Assembly (NCBI GenBank): GCA_951804945.1
Contig: OX638151.1
Span: forward strand, 32,550,001 to 32,614,000
DNA: 64,000 nucleotides
Direction: 5' to 3'
DNA from: Podarcis cretensis
Lineage: Eukaryota
The notes under the pieces were generated by a model. That model made no database searches and was not told the DNA's origin. It saw only the letters and a list, made by a program, of their open reading frames with translations. Below, in pieces: positions 38,819 through 50,977 of the stretch (position 1 is its first letter; each line of letters opens with the position of its first letter). The translations under genes were made by a program, and so were the position numbers.

Positions 38819-39219
38819 TGTATGTTAAAAAAAGCATCTAACAGATTCATTTTCAGCTGTAAAGGTTCTGGCACTCGACTACTATCAAAGGACAGCTTCA
38901 CAATACAATGAATGCTCACTACATATTCCAATGCTGAACACTAATGCTTGAAGGCAAGCTTATGGCAAACAAGTAAATATGTGCTTGCTAAGCATCTGCT
39001 TACTACATATGTGCTACTTCATGATGTTCATGATGGGAACATGCTGCAGAATAAGCAGGATACATATTAGACAACCAATCCTATTCTGGGAATACCAGCT
39101 GGTATTCTAAGGCAACCTGGAATTGTGATGCATTAAACCACATCTCAGTGTACACAGTCTTGCCTTTCACTTTCTTGTAACAAACTTTGAGCAAGCTGTA
39201 CAGAAAAGCTTACAAGATA

Positions 39220-39470
39220 CAGTTGTACCTTGGTTCTGGAACACCTTGTTACTCGAACATTTAGCCTCCCGAACACCACAAACCTGGAAGTGTGTGTTGC
39301 TGTTTTCGAACATTTTTTGGAAGCTGAACGTCCAATGCAGCTTCGGCAGCTTCTAATTGAGTGCAGGAAGCTCCTGGAGCCAATTGGAAGTGGCACCTTG
39401 GTTTTTGAACATTTTCAGAAGTCGAACAGACATCCGGAATGGATTCTGTTCAAGACCCAAGGTACAACTG
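39220..39470. mobile_element. Tc1/mariner-Tigger MITE, family A
   Basis: TA|cagttgtaccttgg...ccaaggtacaactg|TA. Confidence 0.85.
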
Positions 39471-40652
39471 TACCTACCATGTTAGAGCAGCATTACCTTT
39501 CCTGCATTAAGTCTATGCCGTCTCTGTCAGAACTCTGCCATAACTAATTTACATGGAGCAATTTTTGAGAAATGACTTAATTCCTCTCACAGTCACAACT
39601 GCTCAGTATACACATAGAATATATGGAGGGAAAATGTATTCTTGTCTCTGGTGCAGATTTTGAGGGTACACAGAGGGTTGCAGAGGAGAAGAGAGGAATG
39701 AAAAGTCTATTGTGCAAGCTGGATACAACCCTTAGTTCTTGAACGTCTAAGATAATAATCTAGATTCCCCCACCCCCAAACAAGGGGTTAGTTACACACT
39801 ATAGACAGGCGAACTTTTAGAGATAGCATTGAAACAGTTTACCATTGTAGCAGATCACTTTACAAGAGGTGTATGTGTTGTTTTCAAGTACTTAAGCGCA
39901 ATTGTTACTCTTCTACAAGAACTGTAGAAGTAATTTAAGACTTACTGGTGGAATTTTTTTAAAAAGAAAAATTGTCTTTCTTCATATACAAATAGAATAA
40001 TGTATGGAGTATGCATGCCACCTACCTAAGTGTTATAAATCACTTGTGTAGAACAGCCCTTGGGGAACAAGAATGCCGTATCAATCAGCAAGTGCTCTTA
40101 AGCTTTCTAAAAAGTTCTATTTGCTAAATAATAAATAATTGTAGACTAGGTGGCATTTCGTAACCTGTTTGCTAATCCTCTGCAGTGTTTTTTGTTTGTT
40201 TGTTTGTTTGAGCATTCACCAGATATTTTAAAGGAAAACAGTATCGTCTCTTGCACTGAAGAACCACCATTCATATTGTTAATTAATGCTATGTTCTGAA
40301 AAGCTTTGCACAAATTGTGAAGTGAGAATCAGTACAAACAAGGAGGCAGGGGGGAATGCCTTAAAAACAGATGCAAAATATTCAGTGAAGACTGCAAAAC
40401 ATAGTAGATGGCAGGCGCTAGCCTTGAAACTCCTCCCAGTATCTTGACAGCTAAAAGGAAAAAAAGCCCACAATGGCTAGCACCACCTTTTAGCGAGTAT
40501 TACTTGATTCAACTAAAAGCCGGTCAAAAGTGCCTTTACTGTAGCTCTCTATCCTCTTGCTGGCTATAGGGGAAATAATTTTGCTTAAGTAGTGTCAAAC
40601 CATTTGAGTATGTTTTTATTTTATTTCAAAAACTGAAAGACCACCCTTCAGC

Positions 40653-41049
40653 TAGGGCTGGGAAGTATCTGGTTTTCAACATCATGATATACCACCAGTT
40701 AAACAACGTGATATGCCAATATATCACGATGTCTGAGATATAATGGAGCTATGTAGAGACACTGGCTGACTTCACTGTTCCCCTCCCCCCGTTGCGATTT
40801 TTGCCAGCCCCTGCTCTTGTGATTCACTGCCACTTGCAGGAGGCAGAGGAGAGGTGAGCTGGCAGAGTTAATAGGGGCTACAGGAATCAAGAGAAACATT
40901 GGCTGGCTTCATGGTTTTTCCCACTGTGATTTTTGCATAGCTCACACACACACATCATGATTTGCGATATATTGCCAGGTCAAAAATTATGAAACTGATA
41001 TCACAATATAGACGTCCAACCAGTTTGGATGATATATTGCCCAGCCCTA
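40653..41049. mobile_element. hAT-Ac-like non-autonomous element
   Basis: tagggctggg...cccagcccta termini with subterminal gatat/atatc repeats; no clean TSD. Confidence 0.65.
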
Positions 41050-41821
41050 CTATGGAGGAAGCTTCTGAGATCTTTAGAACTTGAAGAAGCTGCTCTCCCA
41101 GACCACATTAACTTACTGGGTATCTCTCTCAATCTGCATTCCAGATCTTTAGTGTCATTATTATTAGCACAGCATCTGCTAATGAATATTTTGATGACGC
41201 TCCAGTAAGAAACAGTAGTCCTAGTACACATGCCTAGTACACCCTTAAAGAAGGTCAAATTGGTACTGGGGAGCCTTATGTTCCGTAATTTAAGAAAGGT
41301 GGGCTATAAATCACTACACATAAATAGTAAAAAATAGTGGTGGCTGGAAGTGTTCCACACAACATATCAACCGTTATCATCTATTTTAAAAACGGTACAA
41401 ATTGATGTTATTATCTACAAGGTGCCTGAATTCTGCATACAGATGACGACCATTTTGCACGGGGGTTCCAATCCTGGAGTCTGCACATGTCAGTGGAGAA
41501 TGCATAAGCCTGTTCCGCCCTCTTCCGTGTCCCCAAAGACCCACACACTGGCTGTCTTGTGTCAACTGGACAAGCGCAAAATGGTTGCGGCTTGTACTTA
41601 AGTGAACACTTTTCCTCATAGGAACTCTCCCATTGGTTGAGATTGAGGGAGGAAGGTTCACTCCCTTCGTTCACATAATGAGACTGCAGGACATTGCCTC
41701 CCGTGTAGAAGTTAAATCCACAGCACACCGAAGACAAATTTTACTACAACCCAACCACGATTCAGGAGACAGGAAACATTTAGACATATGTCTGTACTGT
41801 ACTTATTATACAGTAGTAATA

Positions 41822-42035
41822 GAGGCAGTGAAGTATAGCAGATAAGACTAGTACCTGAGAGACTATGTTTCAAATCCCAACTCAGCCATAAAGATCACTG
41901 GGTGACCTTGGGCCAGTCACTGCCTCTCAGCCTAACCTACCTCACAGGCTTGTTTGGGGGATTAAATGAAGAGGGGCAGAACCATGTAACCACTTTGTGC
42001 ACTTTGGAGAAAAAGTTGGGATGCAATAAATAAAA
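41822..42035 (+). mobile_element. Squam3-like tRNA SINE
   Basis: B-box-like gtttcaaatcc, core gggtgaccttgggccagtcactgcctctcagcctaacctacctcacagg, A-rich tail. Confidence 0.75.
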
Positions 42036-42704
42036 AAAATTAAATTAAGCAGTAAGGGTATTTTAAAATCTTAAAATGTTCACTGCTTCTTAAAGCTAAT
42101 GCAATCAGGTCTTCTGCTCATACTGACTTTTCATAAATCGAGCTCTCATTTCTATCATTCCAGGGCTAGATAAAAAGCAGTAGTTATTCAATGTGTGCAT
42201 ACAGATGAACACATTTAAAATCAGCTCTTGAAATGTCAAATCTCATAATGGCACTGTCTGTGCCTTTTCTATTGTGCAGTTTCATTTAATTGCTATGGCA
42301 CATATCTCTAAGTTCCAAACCAGCACAGTATCCCAATGCCCTTATGCCACAGAGAGTTGCTCAAAATGCATCTAAATTTTTAGACAACACCAAATATAGA
42401 ATTATTGTTATGATAAGCAAGCCTCAACAGCTCAGTCAAGAAGTCAGTCAAACCATGCTTTGGCCATCAGAAATATGCTCCCACTAACCACAGTTAGTAC
42501 ACAGGGTACCACCCAAACCAGAACTAGAAATCCATTTTGAATCAACACTGGAGGAAATCTATAGTTAGCAGTAAACAGAATTTATGGAGTTTAGACATCA
42601 GAGCTAAGTATTTTTATTTTTAATTATTTATAGAAAATATTTGTAGCAGTTTACAACAATATAAAATATAAATGCATAAAATACAACATATTTAAAACAA
42701 CCAA

Positions 42705-42864
42705 ATAAAAATAAAAAAGTAAAAAATTATCCAGTAGCACCTTATAGACAAACTAAGTTTGTTCTGGTATAAGCTTGGTTGGGCTATAAGGTGCTACTGG
42801 ACAATTTTTTACTTTTTTATTTTTATTTTGATGGCATCAGACCAACACAGCTAGCTACCTGAAC
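42705..42864 (+). mobile_element. Penelope-like element end with inverted partial pLTR
   Basis: ccagtagcaccttatag / ctataaggtgctactgg arms with A/T-rich extensions; 3' end gaccaacacagctagctacctgaac; 13-bp direct repeat ttaaaacaaccaa on both flanks. Confidence 0.8.
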
Positions 42865-44384
42865 TTAAAACAACCAAGATATCCAATTCACCTAAAGAAC
42901 ATACAACTAGCATACCGTCAAAAATATCCCAGCTAGATCTGACAAACAGCACTTAGAAGCCTAGATTAGCCCCAAAGGCTATGATGCCAAAAAAAAACAA
43001 CACAAAAAACTGCAGGGCAGGAAGTACAGGAAAGAAACAGCGCAAAAGGGGAGAAGCAGCCAAACATGAGGCACATTCCTATAAATTGAGCCAATAGTTT
43101 CAAGGTACTGTACATGTTTTAGCAATCCATGTTATAGTCCAAGCATTCAATTGTATGCATCCTTTAGATGAGCAGCGTTATTTCAAAAATTCACACACTT
43201 TAATGACAAACTCTCTGCTTCATGATCACAGGAAATAACCTATATTACATCATCTACCACTGACCTATATATAATTGGCAATGCTAGTAAAGACCGTACT
43301 ACTGACTCACTCCACTAGTGTGGCATATGGCCAATATTCTTTTAGAGGGATTACCATTCAATTATTTCCATGCGGACTTGAACAGGAAGTATTTTATCAC
43401 TTCAGATGCTGTTAACGGCAGTAACCTTCTAAGACAAAAATGGACTCCCACAGAAGGTGGAGGAGGTTTTTAAGCAGAAGCTGGGTGGCCATCTGTCATA
43501 GATGCTTTAGTTGAGATTCCTGCATTACAGGGGGTTGGGCTAGATGACTAGAAGGGGGATACCTTCCAAATCTACAATGCTGTTTCTATGACCTTGCTCA
43601 CATTTGTTTATGTAAGTAGTTTTCAAGTTGGAACTGGTGAATCCTCGAGTTCTTTGGAAGCTTATCAGGGAATCATCTATGACTCAATCAATACTGGCAG
43701 AAAGGCTTTTCTGAAGACAGGCTTGTCCACTGCTACTAAACATTCCCTACAATGTAGATAAAAATGGCTGAAAAGATACAACCAATTGTATAGTGTGCAT
43801 GTCTGTTTGTTGAAACATTTCACTGAACGTACATGTACATCCAGCTATTCTGTCCAGCTCAAGAGATTCCTATCAGGCCTACTTAATTGTTAAAGCATAA
43901 CTAATCTGTGTTAAGTGGCCCCAGGTATGCATTCTTATGGATCATGGAGATTTCCCTATTTTAGACTATGCAAGACTGACATCAGCATAGCCCGCCTCAA
44001 AGCATGAAACCCAAAACTGTTTGCAAAATGCTGGGGTTCTGTGACAAATGACAAGAGAAGGACAGGATTCCCTGGAAGTGGAAGACAGAGAATTTGAAAA
44101 CCACCTTTAAAGTGACAAACAATATCTATCCTATTCAAAGAGACATATTGGTTTCAAGAAAATGCATTAACCCTTGGGACCCCTTCCAACTCTACAATAA
44201 ACCAACAAAGGAAAGATATGACAAATGTGAACAGCACTAGTTTCAAAACATATTCTTGGGTGTTCCAAATGCACTTAAAAATCACATCCACACATACACT
44301 ATGCCCTACTCAGTAGGGCCTAGTCTCTGACAATTCTCCAGTTACACTAGCTCACACACTGGAAGACTTCACTCAATCTGGCCC

Positions 44385-45722
44385 ATCATTTTTTATGGGA
44401 GTCAGTTCTATAGTTTAGCTATGAAGAAGCACTTTCTTTTATCCACCCTGAATCTTCTAACACTCTGCTTCATAGGGTGTCCAAAAGATCTAGTGCAGGG
44501 GTCTGCAACCTTTAAGACAAAAAGAGCCACTTGGACCCGTTTCCGAAGAAAAAACAACTGGGAGCCGCAAAACTCGTCATTATAAAAATAACCTTTTTGT
44601 CACTTTTTATTATTTCTTTGTTTGACCCCTCAGAATTACTCCTCCTCATAGAAATAAACGTTAAATTAACAAGTTACCTTTTTTTTGGGTGTGTGTTCTT
44701 CACTCCCCTTCAAAACAGTGACCAGCGTACATGCCCCCTTTCAATGCAGTGACCAGCGTACATGCCCCTTACAATGTAGCGGGCGGGCGGGAAGGTGACG
44801 TCGGGGCGGTGCGTGACTAACACACGCACCGCCCCCATGCGACGTCACAGCCAGTACAGTGCCCGCCACAGTGGGGAGTGTCAGGGCGCACAATGTGCCT
44901 CCTCCCCTCGCTAGTATCCGCCCCGGAGCCGCAGGAAAGGTGTAAAAGAGCCACATGCGGCTTCGGAGCCGCAAGTTGCCTACCCCTGTGATCTAGTGTT
45001 ATGAGAGAGGGAGAAAAACTTTTTCTATCTACTTTCTCCAAGCTGCACATAATTCTCTATACTTCTATCATGCCGCCTCTTACTTGCCTTTTTCTAAATT
45101 AAAAACTCCCCAAAGTTACAACTTTTCTTCATAGGGGAGTTGCTTTATCCCCTTGATAATTTTGGTTGCTCTTTCTGAAACTTTTACAACTCTAGAATAT
45201 CCTTTTTGAGGTGAGGCGAGCAGGACTGTAGAAAGTATTTCACATGTGGCCGCACCACAGATTTATATAATGGCATTATGTTCCTGGCAGTTTTATTTTC
45301 AATCCATTTCTTAATGATCCCTAGCATAGAATCTGCTATTTTCAGTCACCACGCACTGGGTTGACATCTTCATCGACCAATCTACTATGACCCCAAGGTT
45401 CCTGGAGGTTCACCTCCAGTTCAGACCCCATGAGTATTTATGTGGAATTAATGCTTTTTGTCCCAACATGCATTACTTTACACTCGTTCAGAACGAATTG
45501 CATTCGCCATTTTACCAACAATTCACTCAGTTTGGAGAGGTCTTTTTGGAGCTCTTCATGATCTCTTTTTTCTTTTATTGACTCTGAACAATTTAGTATC
45601 TTTGTCACCAAACTTGACCACCTCACTGCATGGTCCTAATTCTAGATCATTTATGAACAAGTTAAAAAACACACGCCTCAATACCAATCCTTGTGGGCCT
45701 CAACTTCCTACTTCTCTCCATA
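44385..45722 (-). mobile_element. CR1 LINE RT fragment interrupted by a hAT MITE
   Basis: Minus-strand translation ELQKDLSKLSELLVKWRMQFVLNECKVMHVG is typical of the CR1 RT C-terminal region. Confidence 0.8.
44496..44988. mobile_element. CpG-rich hAT MITE nested in a CR1 fragment
   Basis: caggggtctgcaacc...gttgcctacccctg; gatctagtg duplicated on both flanks; internal ~31-bp tandem duplication at 44716-44776. Confidence 0.85.
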
Positions 45723-46983
45723 TTTCCCCTTCATCAATTTTACTTCCTGCATGCATCCCATCTTCTTATACCTCTACATCTAAACCGTCATGACATTCCC
45801 AATATCCTATGCCGCCTCAGTGTTTAACAACTAATTACTGTAAACTCACACAGTTCAGGAACAGTCCACAGGACAAGCCCCCCCCCCTGCCAATATTGGA
45901 AGGTCTGGGTTATTCCAGCAATCCTCATTGTAATCACAGGCCTAGCAGGCCTAACTATTAGAACTGCCAGCTTAAAATGTTAAGCCTATTAGCCATGCAG
46001 TCTTGTGTACTCCAAAGTAAACCTCACTTAGTTTAGTGTGGCTTACTCAAAGGTAGTAGGTGAAGGGTATACAACTGCAGCCTAAGGCATCTTTAGAAAT
46101 AACTGTTTAAAAGGCTATTTGCAGGGTACATGCTGAGAGAATGTGAGTTAGCAACAGCCAAGACTCCATCATAGCAGGTCTATCATAGCATGATGTAGAA
46201 TTTGGTGTGCTTTTAAACCAAGTTTTTATTTTCTCATGGAGCACAAACAGCTTACAATAAACAATGCAGCATAATGCCAATTATACAAATAAGGCATTAC
46301 TGGCATAAATTGATACTCCAAAACACTCATTTTTTTTCCCTGCCAATGCTCCATGTATCCGATTAAGCCCTTCTATGTTCCACAGAAATGATGCCAGCTG
46401 CATTTGCTGCTGAGTGCCTCTAGAAAGTCAGGTTCTAATCTTGCCAATTTCATCTGAATATCTCCTGGTTTAAATCACAAATTACAGATGCCATGCGAAA
46501 CTCCATCACAATTACAGGTTAAGAACAAAGTACACATTACCCTAAACACACCTCAAACGGTCAATGCTGGAGGCAGAAAAACACAGAGCATTAATTTTAA
46601 GATGGAATTTGGCTGGGTAGAGGACAGTAATAGAAACCTCTGGTTGAGAAAAAGCCAGGATGCTCTCCTTTCCTCCAGTCAAGAGACTTTTGACACTGCT
46701 CCTTAGGTTACTGAGACTGGGAGAGTGAGATTCGCCACTCCAAGTCTGACCCATTTTGTCAAGAATCCATTCACCAGCACAGTTCTGCCATGAACTTGCT
46801 AAAACAGAAAATGCTAAATGTGAAATTAATATTATATTATTTATTAGACTTGTGCATCACCTATGCCAAAGCTTCAAGGCAACTTTCAACAAACAAGTAA
46901 GAAGTAAAATTAATAATTACATAAATATAATTACATCTCATAAAATCAATCACCACATAACTACAATCACTACATAAAACTTT

Positions 46984-47725
46984 TGGTTGTGGTTCGAGGA
47001 CCCGACCCCGCGAAGTGAAATGAAGACACAAGGACACGCGATATAAGGTTAATGGGCTAGAAAAGGCCACAACTTTATTTATTACAGCAATGAAAAGGTA
47101 TTGGCTTAGGCATTGGATCGAAACAAGTGGGTTTATTCACCAGTAGGTGGAGCCTGTTGATGCTGATCCAACTATAGGCTCACCTCCTGCTGTCACCGAG
47201 GGTCGTGCCATGGCCTCCCGCCAAGCAGGCATCGGACAGAATACACGACCGCCAGATTCCTTTAACGGAATACCCCTAAACATTGAAGGCATAGGCGATG
47301 GCCACACCTAGCACTTCGACACACCACAACACATTATTCCAATGCCTAACCTACCCACCAATACCACAAAAGTTGTGACGATTGCTATGAGGTAGGCGAA
47401 AAAAACAAAAAGCCTAATGCCAAATGGAAAAACTCCTACCAGGCCCCCCGGACAACCAGGGCGACCAACCTAAGGTCCATAGCAAGGCCAATGACCTAGG
47501 CCCTAACTAAAAGGGAGTGGAGGGTGGGTGACTCGCCACGGGACGACGATGAGGAATGAGGCCAGGGAGAGGCTAGTGCTGCAGCAAAAGGCTGCTGAAC
47601 ATGCCCCCTCCGTGGCACCTAGTTGGATGGCCACAGGAGGGGGGCGTGAGCACCAGCCAGGTGAGCTGGAGGCAGGGGGCAAATGCCCCCCTGCTGGGCG
47701 GTGCTCGGGCTCCCGCCCACAACCA
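46984..47725 (-). mobile_element. Candidate solo LTR
   Basis: TG...CA with 9-bp inverted ends tggttgtgg/ccacaacca; minus-strand AATAAA near 47073-47082; CpG-rich; TSD does not match (cttt vs ctcc). Confidence 0.55.
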
Positions 47726-49523
47726 CTCCCCTCTCTTTCAGGGAGGAGAGTCTTTAGAATATTCTACCTCATACAACTCCCCCCAAACCCAGCATCCCTG
47801 CTGTAGATGCTGACAATGGAATATGTTGCCAAAAGTTTGGAAAAGTGAAGTATTAATCACAAAGAAAAAATTCCATATTGTCAGTGATACTGCAGATGGG
47901 TATTTTGAAATTTTAGGTCTCTGATCAATTGCTGAAGCACAGTGAAGCGTTTCTTGTTACCAGCATTTGCACTACATCATATTTAACATATTGCAGTAAC
48001 TCCAGAGTGAAGAATCGCCTTACAACTTTGAGAGGAGTATTCCTAGAAGGCAATATATGATTTAGCCCAAAGTAAGAAATAGTTTCATTTACCTATTGCA
48101 CTTTCCAAATCTCTATTTTGATGATAAGTGACTATTATTTCTAGGTTGCAGATCATATTCCCCAAGCCACGAGACTGAATAATTGCAGATTTGGTTGCTG
48201 AGGCAGCAGTACTACAAGGACAAACAGTGGGAATCCCATAAAGGAATTAAGCTGTTCCAAACAGGCTCATCTGCTATCATGAGGCATTTCACAAATTGTA
48301 CATATTCCTATTTCCATGTGACATATTGACCCAGTTCAGATCATCACCATCCAAATGCAGTCACTTGCTATAAAGTGGTCCACAAAACTTTACTTAACTA
48401 ATACAGCACAAAGAATAGAATTTAATTGGAGAGACACAACAAGTTGGATTGGCAGTGCTTTGAAGGGAACCTAACTGCAAAAAGAAATAGCTTATTGTTC
48501 CTTAGTCACAAATGAGGGTTTTTTTTCGGGGTGGGGGCAGGGAGAACAGTGCCAGGCTTGCAAGCCCTAGAACAGTTATAGCAACAATTTTCTCTCCAAA
48601 ACTGCATATCAGTACTTGCACATCATGTCATCATAGATGAGAAGTTCCAACCATAAGTTTGATAAATGCACATCCTCTGTATGAAATAATACATTTAAAA
48701 GAATGGCCAGCATTACTTGTTCAGCAGTTAGACTAGATACAAACTACTATGGACAATTTTTAGAATATTCAGGCTATAGGTTTACTGCCAAGAAAATCAT
48801 CTGAAGTGAAGTTTATTTTTTTTAAAGCTAGGAAAAATAGTTCCATATATATTTTGGTGCTCTGTGAACAGGTGGAAAGATCAGATGCACCTGCCTTGTC
48901 AGCCATTTGGTACAGCTGCAAGATTAAAGACACAAGTACTGCTAATTACATCTCAGTGAAATTAGTTATAATGTATTCAGAGTTATTCTTCAAACAAAAG
49001 GCACTTTAATTTTAAGATTCTTCTCAACTGAAAGATTTTGCACTAAAACGAGCTTACTGATATATATTGCATTAGAAGAATATATAAACATCTACATGCA
49101 ATTACAGACTATTGTCTATTTTGATACAAGCAAACTGTGAAATTGTAAATCAATGCTGTTTCTAAACTAGCATATGTTATCAAATAAGAGCTCATAATAC
49201 AAACTTCCAGTAGCGCTGTGATGGTTTATGCCAGACACTTTATGAAAATCAAAGCAATTTTAGTACCACACGGATAAATAAAAATCACTGAACAGCACAA
49301 CAGTCATGTGACCACAGAATAGGCAAAATTTACCCATGAATGTTCATGTGATCACAAAGCAGTCAAACTGATCTATTTAAAAAACTATGATTTGTACTCT
49401 TAGCCCACCCTTCACTCCATGGTCCAAGGGTGGGTTCCAAAAATATAACCATTAAAATAAACACCATTAAAATAAGAAAATAAGAGTGGTAAGCACCACC
49501 AGTATCAGCATAACACTTTAAAC

Positions 49524-49782
49524 CGTGGGTAGGCAAACTAAGTCCCGGGGGGCTGGATCTGGCCCAATTGCCTTCTCAATCCGGCCGGCAGACAGTCTGG
49601 GAATCAGCGTGTTTTTACATGAGTAGAATGTGTGCTTTTATTTAAAATGAATCTTTGGTTTATTTGTGGGGCATAGGAATTCGTTCATCCTCCCCCCCCA
49701 AAAAAAAAAATATAGTCTGGCCCCCCACAAGGTCTGAGGGACAGTGGACTGGCCCCCTACTAAAGAAGTTTGCTGACCCCTG
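49524..49782. mobile_element. hAT MITE, same family as 33550-33797 in opposite orientation
   Basis: Shared internal sequence in reverse complement; TSD ctttaaac/gtttaaac. Confidence 0.82.
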
Positions 49783-50627
49783 GTTTAAACTAATGGGCAC
49801 AGTTCCAGGTGAGTTGCAATTCCAAGACTGCATGCAAGCGTTTTCTCATGTCACAATGACTTCCATCATGTTGGGCATATACCATCACCAGTAAGTAATG
49901 TGGCAGGGCTCAAGGGTTTTATGCCTTCTAGCATTTTAAAAAACGTTCAAGATGTGACTGAGTGAATGCAAGCAGCATGAAACTGTTCCTCCACTTTACA
50001 GGGGAAAGGCAATGATGCTTTATGACTGGCTAAGTACTGGAATTATGCAATACTACATTCCTACCTTTGAAAGAATACCAAAACCAATGGCAGATTTTCA
50101 GTCGTTTGATCGCTTATCATGGCACAAATAAATGCTGTTTTATGGGTTATGCTGGGAGGGGGGGACAGGACCAGCGAAACACCTTAGCTATGCACAACAG
50201 TAGCATATATTTTATTTATTATATATACAGTCCAACTTTCCTCTAAGGAGCTCAGGGCAGCATACATAGTTCATCAGCACCAACACTTTATCCACAACAA
50301 TCGGAGAACATGATGAGAGTGCTACCGTGCTCATGGCCCTGCTTGTGTGCTGGTTTGCAACTGTGGGAACAGAAAGCTGGACTAGGTAGGCATTCAGTCT
50401 GATGTACTCATGTTCTTAAGTGGGTTAGACTGAGAGATATGTGGCCACCAACGGTTTGGCCTCATTTGGAATTTTGAGGGTACCATGGGCACCAACATCC
50501 CTGGGCTGTTTCTTACCCTGATTCCACACATACTAGGGGGGGAAACAGGCATGCACATGCACACATGTGGCATTCGGAAGGCAACAGAGTTAAAGCAGAT
50601 TTCCTGAAGTGTACATGGTTTTGCATA

Positions 50628-50977
50628 ACGGTAAAAGGACTCCTGACCATTAGGTCCAGTCGTGACCGACTCTGGGGTTGCGGCGATCATCTCGCTTTAT
50701 TGGCCAAGGCAGCCAGCGTACAGCTTCTGGGTCATGTGACCAGCATGACTAAGCCGCTTCTGGCGAACCAGAGCAGCACACGGAAACGCCGTTTACCTTC
50801 CCACCAGAGCAGTACCTATTTATCTACTTGCACTTTGACATGCTTTCGAACTGCTAGGTTGGCAGGAGCAGGGACCGAGCAATGGGAGCTCACCCCGTCA
50901 CAGGGATTCAAACCGCTGACCTTCTGATCAGCAAGCCCTAGGCTCTGTGGTTTAACCCACAGCGCCACCTGCATCCC
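50628..50977 (-). mobile_element. Full-length Sauria SINE
   Basis: Homologous to 12940-13303; 15-bp TSD acatggttttgcata at 50613-50627 and 50978-50992. Confidence 0.92.
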
